Positions 17,100-26,820 of a stretch of DNA of 64,000 bases are shown here, one piece after another. The notes below the pieces were generated by a model. It was not told the origin of the DNA. It saw nothing but the letters and a program-made list of their open reading frames with translations, and did not search any database. The position numbers were made by a program, and so were the translations under genes. Within the stretch, counting starts at the first letter, position 1. Every line of letters begins with the position of its first letter. Where the stretch lies: the NCBI GenBank assembly GCA_020444265.1, contig JAHLLH010000011.1:26290-90289 (forward strand). The letters run 5' to 3'. This DNA comes from a bacterium (GTDB lineage: Bacteria; Electryoneota; Electryoneia; Electryoneales; Electryoneaceae).

Positions 17100-19181
17100 C
17101 TACTTCATCAACACCATCTTGCGGACCTTGCTGACGTCGCCGGAGGTCAGCTTGTAGAAGTAGACTCCGCTGGGCAGATCATCCGCGAGGAAGGTGATGG
17201 TATGGTTGCCCGCGCTCATGCCACGTTCAACCAGTGTCGCCACTTCTCGTCCCAACAGATCATAAACCGCCAGCTTCACCTGCCCGGCCTGACGCAGGTT
17301 GAAAGCAATCTGCGTACTCGGGTTGAAGGGGTTCGGGTAATTCTGTCCGAGCTCGAACTGATCCGGCTGCAGTGTGTTGGAGTGGCCGACGCTGTTGTCG
17401 CCGAAGAAGCCATTCCACTGCCAATCATCCGGATCCACCCAGTAGCCGGTGGAATCCCGCATCATCGGATAGTTCACCTGCCACTGCTGCCGTTCCTCGA
17501 AGATGTCGATCATCATCTGTTTTGAGAGACGGTGATAGACCATCGGGTTCTCGAGGATTTCGCCAACCGGGGCTGAACTGGAGACACCAACACCCGGGTC
17601 CCGGTCGACCATGTAGAGCAGGTGCAGATAATCACCATGACTGGTCGGTGCGATCGAGGGGCTGATCTCGCTGCGGCTGTCGCCGGGAGGCGCACCGCCA
17701 CCTTCAGTCCAGATCGTATTGGTGATGTTCACACCCTTCGCCCAACGAAGACCATTAAACTCGCCGGGGGGCGATGCAGAAACGTAGATGTCGCCATTCG
17801 CCTTGATTCCGCCTTGCCCGTAATCGGCTGTATCCGGTGCGGAGCTGATCTTACGGTAGGTACACCAAAGGATGCCCGTTTCGGGATCGTGGTAGAGGCT
17901 TGGGCGGTCGACCAGGCTGCCCCAGGCTTCCGATTGACCAACATCAAACTCGCTGTTCTCGTCAATCTGGGAGTAGACAGGATTACCACTTTCGTCCTGC
18001 ATCCAGTGGTAGAGACGGGCAGCATAGTACCGTGTATCCTCGAGGCCATCATAGATCGCCGACGTAAACGCGACATGAAGCTGATCATCACTGTCGTAAA
18101 TCACACTCCCATCGGTGTAGGGACGAAGTGTATCACCCAGGGCGGCGAGGGTGTCCGGGTAAAGATCCGGGTCCGGGCCGATGTGCGAGGTCACTTCAAT
18201 CGGGTTTTCCTGGTCCCAGGTCGCGCCCGCGTTGGTAGACTCGAAGACCCAGAAGTCATTGTTCCACTGAGTCCCCTCTCCGTCGCCGACCACTTCACCA
18301 ATTGTCGATTCACGCGCCATCACCAACCCGATCGCCACACGCTGTCCATCCGACGATGTAGTGATATCGCCCGAAATATTCATGTCTCCATCGGTGATCA
18401 GCACCTGCAAATCGTTGGGCGTCGCCTCGGCAAATTCCGGCACATTTGGATCGTACAGCCAACGCATGTAGGTGATTTCCATCGGATCGGCGTTATCGTC
18501 ACGCTGGTCATGCGAGATGATGTGCGCGTGCTGGGTCGCCGGGCTGAAGGTCGAATGGGGCCAGATGTGTGCACGTGTCCCATACTCTGGCGCAGCGTAC
18601 ATGTCATAGAAACCGGTCACAAACTCGCTTTCCAACGCAATCACACTCGCCGTCTCAGCACCCGCCGTCGCATCGTAATGGAAGGTGGGATAGGTGACAC
18701 CAGCAGCGTAATCAAAGGCGATCGTCGTATATCCGCTGCGATTGCCGGTATCGACATCACCTGTGGTTTCGTGGATGTACCAGCCAGCGCCATCGTCCGT
18801 CAGACGGACAAACTGAACGTGACGGCTGTTGCTGGTCACGCTGCCATAGAGCTTCGTAAAGATGATGTGCACTTCGGCTGGATTCTCGGCGGCATCACCG
18901 GGGAAGAAGCCAATCATACGGCTCACCTGCCCGTTGTGCTGCTGGTCCCAGTAGGAGGTGCCGACAATCATCGTGTCGCCGATGATCTCGTTCAGTTCGT
19001 TATGCGACCGGAATGATCCAGTCCAGGGGGCGAGGTCAGGGTTGATCACCACATCGTGCGAACCATCCTCCGATGCGGTAGGGGTGCGTTCGTACTCCAC
19101 CGGCGAGCCGAACGCTACCAGACCGATCAATAAAACCCATACCAATGACAATACCAGTCGTTGCATGTTCCCTCCGTACAT
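17100..19181 (-). CDS. BNR/Asp-box repeat secreted protein with T9SS C-terminal sorting domain, paralog 1 of 5
   Basis: Signal peptide. The conserved N-terminal motif is DTMIVGTSYWDQQHNGQVSRMIGF. Asp-box motifs are present (STNAGATWDQEN). The conserved C-terminal tail is FNPSTQIAF...YDLLGREVATLV...SGVYFYKLTSGDVSKVRKMVLMK. Confidence 0.8.
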   Translation of the reverse strand: MYGGNMQRLVLSLVWVLLIGLVAFGSPVEYERTPTASEDGSHDVVINPDLAPWTGSFRSHNELNEIIGDTMIVGTSYWDQQHNGQVSRMIGFFPGDAAENPAEVHIIFTKLYGSVTSNSRHVQFVRLTDDGAGWYIHETTGDVDTGNRSGYTTIAFDYAAGVTYPTFHYDATAGAETASVIALESEFVTGFYDMYAAPEYGTRAHIWPHSTFSPATQHAHIISHDQRDDNADPMEITYMRWLYDPNVPEFAEATPNDLQVLITDGDMNISGDITTSSDGQRVAIGLVMARESTIGEVVGDGEGTQWNNDFWVFESTNAGATWDQENPIEVTSHIGPDPDLYPDTLAALGDTLRPYTDGSVIYDSDDQLHVAFTSAIYDGLEDTRYYAARLYHWMQDESGNPVYSQIDENSEFDVGQSEAWGSLVDRPSLYHDPETGILWCTYRKISSAPDTADYGQGGIKANGDIYVSASPPGEFNGLRWAKGVNITNTIWTEGGGAPPGDSRSEISPSIAPTSHGDYLHLLYMVDRDPGVGVSSSAPVGEILENPMVYHRLSKQMMIDIFEERQQWQVNYPMMRDSTGYWVDPDDWQWNGFFGDNSVGHSNTLQPDQFELGQNYPNPFNPSTQIAFNLRQAGQVKLAVYDLLGREVATLVERGMSAGNHTITFLADDLPSGVYFYKLTSGDVSKVRKMVLMK

Positions 19182-19423
19182 GTCCTGCCCGAATCCTCGG
19201 ATTCAGGCTATCCAGCGGGGATAGCGACCCTTCTCGACCGGCTCATCGTGTGGGGGTCCATCATAAGAGAAACGGGGATGGGAGGAAGCGGACGCTTGGT
19301 TTCGTCCACTTCCCCTCATCCCCGGCTCTGGGGTCTTGCACAGGTAAAATAGGGGTCCGTTACGGCATAGAGCAACGCATGCGGCACATTCAACAAAAGT
19401 TACCCGGGTCAATAAAAAAGGGG

Positions 19424-19449
19424 CTGCCGAAGCAGCCCCATTGAATCGC
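19424..19449 (-). terminator. Intrinsic terminator downstream of BNR paralog 2
   Basis: On the minus strand, a GGGGCTGC-TTCG-GCAGCCCC hairpin followed by a U-tract. Confidence 0.6.
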
Positions 19450-19464
19450 TCAAGAAAGGCGACG

Positions 19465-21513
19465 TTACTTCATGAGGATCATCTTGCGGACCTTGGTGGA
19501 TTCACCAGAGGTCAGCTTGTAGAAGTAGACGCCACTGGGCAGGTCGTCGGCCATGAAGCTGACCTGGTGGCTGCCCGCACCCATCGCACGGTTCACGAGG
19601 GTGGCCACTTCACGACCGAGCAGGTCGTAGACCGCCAGCTTGACGTTTGCAGACTTGTTCAGGCTGAAACGAATCTGGGTGCTCGGGTTGAAGGGGTTCG
19701 GGTAGTTCTGCTCAAGCTGGAACTCGTTCGGCTTGAGGGTGCCGTCACCTTCAACACTGTTGTCACCGAAGAAGCCGTTCCAGGCCCAGTCATCCGGATC
19801 CTGGAAGAAGCCGGTGCTGTCGATGTGCATCGGGTAGTTCGGCAGCCAACCGTCGAACATGTCGATCAACTCCTGCTTGTTCGCCTTGTGATAGACGACG
19901 GGGCAGAGGGTGGCTTCGGTGTCGGTGGCACGATCCGGCCAGGTGTCGATGACGTACATGAAGTGCAGGAAGTCGCCATCGCTCTGCAGCGCAATGCTGG
20001 GATCGATTTCGGACTGCGCATCACCCGGGGCCATCGCATCGTCCGACAGCCATTTGGTGTCGGTCAGGTTGATCGGCTGGGTCCAACGCAAACCATTGTA
20101 CTCTCCGGGGGGAGAAGCCGTCAGGTAGACTTCACCACAGGCATACTCACCGGCAAAGTCGGTGGTGTCCGGGTTGTCGCCAAAGTTACTCGTGCGACGA
20201 TAAATCGCCCAGAGAATACCGGTGTCCGGGTCGCTGTAAAGGCTCGGACGGTCAGCGGTTTCACCGAAGACCTCGGGACGGCCCATGAAGCCTTCCGTAC
20301 CATCGGCCATCAGGGTGTACATGCCGCTTTCACGGTCCCAATGGAAGATGCGGCTGGTGTAGGTAATCGTACCCTGGAACTCGAAATATTCCGGGGTCGT
20401 GAAGGCCGCATGCAGGTTGTCTTCGAAGTCATACAGGACGGTTCCGTCCATGTAGCAACGGAGGGTGTCCTTGTTCGCCGCGGTGGTGTCGGGCAGCAGG
20501 TCGCCATCCGGCGGAATCCACTGGGTAACATCAAGCGGCTCGCCCCAGGTGGCGCCACCATCGGTGGACTCCCACAGCCAGAGGTCGTTGTCCCACTGAG
20601 TCGCCTCTTCACCTTCACCGATGGTGTAGAAACGCGGCATGGTTTCCGTATAGGCAACCATCGAACCGTCGCTGCTGGTGTGGATGTCGGACGAGTTGTT
20701 CATGCCGACTTCCGTCATCAGCACCTGCTGATCGTTCGGGACGGCAGCGGTCAGGACATTGTTTGCCGGGTCGTACAGCCAACGCATGTAGTACTTCTTG
20801 GTCGCATCGGCGGCACCAGCCGGGAAGTCGCTGTTGATCTGATGGATGTAGTTCTCCGGGCCGAAGGTGCTGCGCGGGAAGAGAACATCGTTGTCCGTCG
20901 AAGCCGGATCCGGCGCGGCGAACAGATCGAAGAAACCAGGCACGAAGGTGGATTCAAGCGCCACTTTCGGTGCGTACGGTGTGCCGTCGCCCGAATCGTG
21001 GTGGAAGGTCGGGAAGGCTTTGTTGGTGGCAACATCAACACCCAACGTACCAAAGCCGGAACGACCCGAACCATTGTCCACACCATCCGTACCGATCACA
21101 TTGACGACCGGAGCATCGGTGGACGCATCGGCAACCTGGATGTACATGATGTGACGCGACGCACTTGCCGCATCAAAACCACGCATATAAATCATGTGGA
21201 CCATGTCCTGTTCGGGGACATAGCCAATCATACGCCCGTTCTGGGCGTTGTGCTGAATGTCGTACCAGGTGTAGCCGACATGCAGCGTATCACCCACCGC
21301 CTCATCAAGAGGATTCGGCACGGGGTTACGATACTGAACATCCTGTGTCTTCTGAAGTGCTTCAGTGCCGGTCAACGGCATGTCGTTGGAAATCGGCGCC
21401 TTTGCATCAAATGCGGACGCGACACCAGCGACGAGGAGCACCATCAGGGAGACCATTAACGCTTTACGCATACTCCCTCCAAATAACAACGTGAGTTTGT
21501 TTTTACTTCCCAC
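19465..21513 (-). CDS. BNR/Asp-box repeat secreted protein with T9SS CTD, paralog 2
   Basis: GDTLHVGYTWYDIQHN...; STDGGATWGE; C-terminal ...VYFYKLTSGESTKVRKMILMK. Confidence 0.8.
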   Translation of the reverse strand: MGSKNKLTLLFGGSMRKALMVSLMVLLVAGVASAFDAKAPISNDMPLTGTEALQKTQDVQYRNPVPNPLDEAVGDTLHVGYTWYDIQHNAQNGRMIGYVPEQDMVHMIYMRGFDAASASRHIMYIQVADASTDAPVVNVIGTDGVDNGSGRSGFGTLGVDVATNKAFPTFHHDSGDGTPYAPKVALESTFVPGFFDLFAAPDPASTDNDVLFPRSTFGPENYIHQINSDFPAGAADATKKYYMRWLYDPANNVLTAAVPNDQQVLMTEVGMNNSSDIHTSSDGSMVAYTETMPRFYTIGEGEEATQWDNDLWLWESTDGGATWGEPLDVTQWIPPDGDLLPDTTAANKDTLRCYMDGTVLYDFEDNLHAAFTTPEYFEFQGTITYTSRIFHWDRESGMYTLMADGTEGFMGRPEVFGETADRPSLYSDPDTGILWAIYRRTSNFGDNPDTTDFAGEYACGEVYLTASPPGEYNGLRWTQPINLTDTKWLSDDAMAPGDAQSEIDPSIALQSDGDFLHFMYVIDTWPDRATDTEATLCPVVYHKANKQELIDMFDGWLPNYPMHIDSTGFFQDPDDWAWNGFFGDNSVEGDGTLKPNEFQLEQNYPNPFNPSTQIRFSLNKSANVKLAVYDLLGREVATLVNRAMGAGSHQVSFMADDLPSGVYFYKLTSGESTKVRKMILMK

Positions 21514-21956
21514 AGTTCCCTACAAAAATCGGTCAAGCTGGTTTGTTCCTCCGGCTCGTTGTTTGTTTATCTCTCCCACACACTTTTTATCAATCCACGT
21601 TTTCCCCTAATGGAAACGCGATCAAATGCCTTGTAAACAGGTGAATCGTGTAGAGTACATCGAGAACTCCGCGCATGCAATATCAGGCGGAGGCTCGGAC
21701 CATCTTTCAAGCCTTGCGGGTAGGCTCTCGGTTGTTCCCTCTCTTTAATATATCGAAAACAACCCCCCTCTTCTACCTTCAAAACACTTCTCCCCCTCCT
21801 CTCCTCATCAGATAGAGCCCCAAATATCCCCTAACTCCGGCAATAAAAGCCTACTACACATCTTCCCTGCCCGATTCTGAACCAGGGGTACCGTTGTGAT
21901 ACAATCTCAAAGAAGAGAAGATAGAAATGATCTTACTACAGGATTAACAAGACATT

Positions 21957-21982
21957 AAAAAAGGGGCCGCCGAAGCAGCCCC
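21957..21982 (-). terminator. Intrinsic terminator downstream of BNR paralog 3
   Basis: AAAAAAGGGGCCGC-CGAA-GCAGCCCC (minus-strand hairpin followed by a U-tract). Confidence 0.55.
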
Positions 21983-22048
21983 TCTATTACTGGCTACCCA
22001 CGGACAATCCATGGACTGTCCTGGGCATAACAAGCGCCACGGCGATGA

Positions 22049-24103
22049 TCACTTCATCAGGATCATCTTGCGAACCTTCGAGACATCACCGGAGGTCAGC
22101 TTGTAGAAGTAGACACCGCTGGCCAAGTCGCTCGCGAGGAAGGAGACGCTGTGGTTTCCGGCGCTCATCGAACGATTCACCAGGGTCGCCACCTCACGGC
22201 CCAACAGGTCATACACCGTCAAGGAAACCTGGCCCTGGGCATGCAGCGTAAAATTGATCTGCGTGCTCGGGTTGAAGGGGTTCGGATAGTTCTGGTTCAG
22301 CTCGAACTGATCGGGCTGAAGGGTACGTCCCTCGGGGACCGACACATCCCAGAAACCATTCCATTCCCAGCCATTCGGGTCCTCATAGTACCCGGCACTG
22401 TCGATGTGCATCGGGTAATTGACGACCCATTCAGCATTCTCCTCGAATTGGGCCATCAGTTCCACTTTCGGGACACGATGATAGACCATCTGGTTCAGGG
22501 TCGCGACACCTTCTTCCTGGCCTGCGACTGCCGAAATGCCCGCCTCATAGTCCATGGTGTAGAAGAGATGCAGGTAAGGACCATCGCTGTTGTAGGCCAT
22601 GCTCGGGTCACGTTCTGTCTGGCTTTCACCCGGTTCCAGAGCATTTTCCATCAAGCGGGTATCGGTCACATTCACGCCTTTAGTCCAACGTAACCCGTTG
22701 TCCGGAGATGCGGCAACATAGACATCGCTGTTCGCATAGCCGGCCGCAGTCGCATCCAGCGGCCCACCATTCAGCGTGTCCCCCGGTTCCCCATACTGGC
22801 ACCAGCTCGCCCAGAGGACGCCTGTTTCCTCATCCTTGTAGAGGTTGGCATGGCACACGGTCAGCTCCCACGCCGCGGGCTGGGCACCATTCCAGAAGTC
22901 ACCATCCGCAATCTGGGAATAGACCTCGTTCTCGCTGTCCCAGTGCCAGAGACGACCATTCAGCGAGGATGCACCTGCGCTGCGGAAGAAGTCGAGGCTG
23001 AGGGTGTTGAATGCCGTATGAATCGTGTTGTCACCATCGATGATAACATCGACTTCGGAGTAGGCACGCAAGGTGTCCTTGTTGGCGGCTGAGGTGTCCG
23101 GCAGCAAGTCACCATCCGGAGCGATGAAACTGGTCACATTCTGGGGATTCTCCCAGTCCCAGGTATCGCCCCCATCATCGCTGGTCCACAGGTAAATATC
23201 ATTGTTGCTCTGGGATGCGCGGGATTCTGCCCAGTCATCTGGTCCTTCGCCCTGGAGGAAACGGCTCACCGATCCGGCAACAGCGATCAGGCTGCCATCG
23301 CTGTTGGATGCCGGAATAGTGGATAGAACGGCGGAATAGGTGGTGACAAACATGCTGTTCGCCCCGCCGGGTGTAGCGTTCGTCCAAAGACTACTCACGG
23401 GATCGTACAAAGCACGATGGTAGTAGACATTCTCCGAAATCAGATCCTCATAGCCATTGCTGATGATGTGCACGTACAGGCCACCATCATAGCGGGTCAC
23501 CACATGTTGCGGCCAGATAAAATCGCCACCATCAGGACGGGGGAGATCGTACGGATCGAAAAAGCCCGGCACGAAAATCGATTCGGTCATCAGGCTGGAG
23601 AAATAGCCGCCATTCGGGTCCGGCTGGTGCATCATGACGTAGGGCGCACCCTCTGTTGGGTCGAGACTGATCACCGGGTACCCGGCACCAGACACTCCCA
23701 CCTGCGCCGGGCTGCCTTCCTGACGGGTGACATCCCCCGCTGCATCGACAAACAGCTTGTAATAGGAGACGTTCCGAGACCCGGTTTCGGTCGGATGCTG
23801 GGTCCAGGTCAGATGAATGACCTTGTTGTCCTCGTCGCTATCATGGACCGCGATCAGGCGGGTAAACCCGGCATTGTGCTGCTGATCGCGCCAGTTGCTG
23901 CTGAGGTGCAACGTGTCGCCGACCATATCGTCCAGCTCATCGCTGAAGAGAAACGGCCCCTCCAGGCCCTGCCCTGACGGCGTGCCATAGCCGGCATTGT
24001 TGTGGTTCTTTTCGGCGGACCAGGCCGGAGTCTGGCTGGCTGGCGATGGTCCAGCAACCAGAACCATCCCCAGTATCAATACAATCCCTAACACGTTCTT
24101 CAT
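22049..24103 (-). CDS. BNR/Asp-box repeat secreted protein with T9SS CTD, paralog 3
   Basis: GDTLHLSSNWRDQQHN; SDDGGDTWDWEN; SPDNGLRW; C-terminal ...VYFYKLTSGDVSKVRKMILMK. Confidence 0.8.
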   Translation of the reverse strand: MKNVLGIVLILGMVLVAGPSPASQTPAWSAEKNHNNAGYGTPSGQGLEGPFLFSDELDDMVGDTLHLSSNWRDQQHNAGFTRLIAVHDSDEDNKVIHLTWTQHPTETGSRNVSYYKLFVDAAGDVTRQEGSPAQVGVSGAGYPVISLDPTEGAPYVMMHQPDPNGGYFSSLMTESIFVPGFFDPYDLPRPDGGDFIWPQHVVTRYDGGLYVHIISNGYEDLISENVYYHRALYDPVSSLWTNATPGGANSMFVTTYSAVLSTIPASNSDGSLIAVAGSVSRFLQGEGPDDWAESRASQSNNDIYLWTSDDGGDTWDWENPQNVTSFIAPDGDLLPDTSAANKDTLRAYSEVDVIIDGDNTIHTAFNTLSLDFFRSAGASSLNGRLWHWDSENEVYSQIADGDFWNGAQPAAWELTVCHANLYKDEETGVLWASWCQYGEPGDTLNGGPLDATAAGYANSDVYVAASPDNGLRWTKGVNVTDTRLMENALEPGESQTERDPSMAYNSDGPYLHLFYTMDYEAGISAVAGQEEGVATLNQMVYHRVPKVELMAQFEENAEWVVNYPMHIDSAGYYEDPNGWEWNGFWDVSVPEGRTLQPDQFELNQNYPNPFNPSTQINFTLHAQGQVSLTVYDLLGREVATLVNRSMSAGNHSVSFLASDLASGVYFYKLTSGDVSKVRKMILMK

Positions 24104-24285
24104 TCAATCCCTCCTTGCGGGGCCTTGCGGAAGTTTCCCGTTGCCCACGGACCATCGTCCAGATGGACGGCCATCCCTGTACCCCGGGTTGAAAAGCGGG
24201 GCCTCGGTTTTCTCGGTACCTGAATAGTAAAACAATCGGGCGAAATCGGGCAACAGAATCTGCCGAAAACATGGAAAAACAGACG

Positions 24286-24311
24286 AAAAAAGGGGCTGCC
24301 GAAGCAGCCCC
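24286..24311 (-). terminator. Intrinsic terminator downstream of BNR paralog 4
   Basis: AAAAAGGGGCTGC-CGAA-GCAGCCCC. Confidence 0.6.
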
Positions 24312-24359
24312 TTTGAAAATCTGGATACCCGCGGCCAGTCCACTGGACTGTCCTGGGCA

Positions 24360-24383
24360 TAACCATCGCCATGGCGATGGTTA
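24360..24383. repeat. Perfect 24-bp palindrome TAACCATCGCCATGGCGATGGTTA overlapping the stop codon of BNR paralog 4
   Basis: Read directly from the sequence. The TAA stop is the complement of 24381-24383. Confidence 0.6.
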
Positions 24384-26522
24384 CTTCATCAGGATCATCT
24401 TGCGGACCTTCGAGACATCACCGGAGGTCAGCTTGTAGAAGTAGACACCGCTGGCCAAGTCGCTCGCGAGGAAGGAAACCGTGTGGCTTCCTGCGCTCAT
24501 CGGACGGTTCACCAGGGTAGCTACCTCACGGCCCAGCACATCATAGACCGTCAGCTTGACCGCACCCGCTGCCTGCAGGTTGAAGCTGATCTGCGTGCTC
24601 GGGTTGAAGGGGTTCGGGTAGTTCTGGTTCAGCTCGAACTGGTCGGGACGCAAGGTGGTCGTCGGTTCGTCAACAGAAGTCAGCCCATCCCAGGCCCAAT
24701 CCTCCGGATCAACCCAATAATCGGTCGAGTCAACGTGGATCGGGTAGTTGCGGATCCACTCGGCCTGCTCATTCATCACATCGATGATGTCGCTCTTCAG
24801 GACGCGCTGGTAAATCAGCTGGCCTTCCGTTTGGACACCTTCTTCCCAGGTGTAGGAACGGCCACCATCACGATCCTGCAGGTAGAAGAGATGCAGGAAG
24901 TCGCCGTTTACATTCTCGGCAAGGCTGGGGTGGATTTCACTACGGCACTCGCCAGCCGCGATACCACCCGCCAAGGCTGTTTCGAGGCTGGTGTCACGTG
25001 TATTGGTCACATTAACCGGCTTGGCCCAACGCAACCCATCCGGGCTGAGAGAAACATAGATGTCTGCCAAGGCGTAGTTGCCACCTGTAGAACTGGTGGA
25101 CTGGGCAAAATCGACAGGCGTCCAGAATTCCTCGCCATCTTCCGTGTAATGCAAGGTGTCATCCACTTCACCATACTGCGACCAGGCCGCCCAGACCCAA
25201 CCGGTGTTCTCGTCCACACCGAGCTGGCACTGGTTGGTAAAGGTCTGCCAGGCACCCGGGACCACGCCATTCCAGATACGGTCCTGCATCTGGACACAGA
25301 GGCTGTCACGGCTGTTCCAGTACCACATGCGCGCGGAGTAGGAGGATTCACCCTCGGAACGGACGAAATCAATGAACGGGGTGGTGAAGGTGACATGCAC
25401 AATACCTTCATTGTCCACCAGGCAGTTCACGTCCGCATAAACACGCAACGTGTCACCATTCGCAGCGAGAGTATCTTCCGCCGAACCGGGCAGCAGATCG
25501 AGGTTCGGATCGATAAAATCAGTGATGTTCAGCCCGTTTTCCCAATCCCAGGTTGCTCCGCCATCCTCACTCGTCCAGAGGTAGACATCGTTGCAGGTCT
25601 GGGAGATACGGGACCCTTCGAAGAAGCCGTTATCCTCGCCATCTTTCAGGTGACGGCTGACAGGAAGCACAATCGCGACAACACCCGATTCGTCATTCGC
25701 CGAAACCGCACCCTCGACATCTTCGTTGTACTCGGAGACGATCACCTGCGGGTTGGTGCCGGGTGTGGCGTTCTCGTACGAAGGATTGTCATCCACCCCG
25801 TTGATCTGCATCCTGTTGTAGAAGGTGTACTTATCGAACGGGTTGTCCTCTTCACTGGAGAAGTTGACGGTGTGGGCATAGAGCTGGCCTTCCACTTCCT
25901 GCAGTGCCATCGAGGGCCAGACCGCCTGAGCGGTGTTGTTGTACCGCTCGACCCACTGGTAATCGAAGAAACCTTCGACCCACTGGGATTCACGCATCAC
26001 AGACGGGTCCCACAACGCATCTCCGAACCCATTCTGGGAATGGAGCCCGATGAAGGGGTTGGTCGCCGAATCAATGTCGAGGACCGGGTAGCCGTCCAGG
26101 GCCTCACCAACATTAGACGGAAGCCCATTGACAACAAGTTCACCCTCATCATTTTCGAAAATCATGATGTAGTGTGTCAGACGACCGGCGCTTATTGTCG
26201 CATGCTCCTGCCATGTCAACTTCACCACACCATCCGGGTATGCCGGATCATCTTCGGTGTAGGCCAGGAATCGTGTGTTTGAGCTTGTGCCAAGCTGGTC
26301 ACGCCAGGTGGTAGAGATCGCGAGGGTATCCCCCATCATCTCATCCAACTCACTCGGCATGAAACTGCGAAGCGGGATGCCATTACCCGCAGGCGGGTTC
26401 CCCGATGGATCGGCGAGACGATTGAACTGGTCGGTGCCAGTTGGTGCAGGGGCAAATGGGGCTGCAACCGCCGTCCCACTGATCAGCAATAACGCGATCA
26501 GCGTCATCTGTACAACTTTCAT
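24381..26522 (-). CDS. BNR/Asp-box repeat secreted protein with T9SS CTD, paralog 4
   Basis: GDTLAISTTWRDQ; SEDGGATWDWEN; SPDGLRW; C-terminal ...VYFYKLTSGDVSKVRKMILMK. Confidence 0.8.
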   Translation of the reverse strand: MKVVQMTLIALLLISGTAVAAPFAPAPTGTDQFNRLADPSGNPPAGNGIPLRSFMPSELDEMMGDTLAISTTWRDQLGTSSNTRFLAYTEDDPAYPDGVVKLTWQEHATISAGRLTHYIMIFENDEGELVVNGLPSNVGEALDGYPVLDIDSATNPFIGLHSQNGFGDALWDPSVMRESQWVEGFFDYQWVERYNNTAQAVWPSMALQEVEGQLYAHTVNFSSEEDNPFDKYTFYNRMQINGVDDNPSYENATPGTNPQVIVSEYNEDVEGAVSANDESGVVAIVLPVSRHLKDGEDNGFFEGSRISQTCNDVYLWTSEDGGATWDWENGLNITDFIDPNLDLLPGSAEDTLAANGDTLRVYADVNCLVDNEGIVHVTFTTPFIDFVRSEGESSYSARMWYWNSRDSLCVQMQDRIWNGVVPGAWQTFTNQCQLGVDENTGWVWAAWSQYGEVDDTLHYTEDGEEFWTPVDFAQSTSSTGGNYALADIYVSLSPDGLRWAKPVNVTNTRDTSLETALAGGIAAGECRSEIHPSLAENVNGDFLHLFYLQDRDGGRSYTWEEGVQTEGQLIYQRVLKSDIIDVMNEQAEWIRNYPIHVDSTDYWVDPEDWAWDGLTSVDEPTTTLRPDQFELNQNYPNPFNPSTQISFNLQAAGAVKLTVYDVLGREVATLVNRPMSAGSHTVSFLASDLASGVYFYKLTSGDVSKVRKMILMK

Positions 26523-26759
26523 GGTTACCTCGTGCTTTTCCCTCTTTCCCTATCCAATGGATGTAGAGGCCTCCCTCAAGGCCACACATACTCGTAACGT
26601 TTGTACGGGATGAGGATTTCCGGCTCACTCTGCGGGGGTACGACTCATTGTTCATCATCAAAATACCCCCAAACCCCATCATTCGCAAGCGGCTCAAGCT
26701 CTCTTCCTACGGATTCCCATCAGCCACGCAATTCGTGACACGGCACGTTTCCAGAATAG

Positions 26760-26784
26760 AAAAAGGGGCCGCCGAAGCAGCCCC
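26760..26784 (-). terminator. Intrinsic terminator downstream of BNR paralog 5
   Basis: AAAAAGGGGCCGC-CGAA-GCAGCCCC. Confidence 0.55.
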
Positions 26785-26796
26785 TTACTATCCAGA

Positions 26797-26820
26797 TAAC
26801 AATCGCCATGGCGATTGTTA
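26797..26820. repeat. Perfect 24-bp palindrome TAACAATCGCCATGGCGATTGTTA overlapping the stop codon of BNR paralog 5
   Basis: Read directly from the sequence (coordinates +/-1). It differs from the paralog-4 copy only at symmetric positions (C/G to A/T). Confidence 0.55.

Noticed and set aside
22030-22055. Palindrome at the stop codon of BNR paralog 3, analogous to those of paralogs 4 and 5
   Set aside because: Only a degenerate remnant (CGCCACGGCG) is present, and the flanks are not symmetric. It is not reported as a repeat feature.
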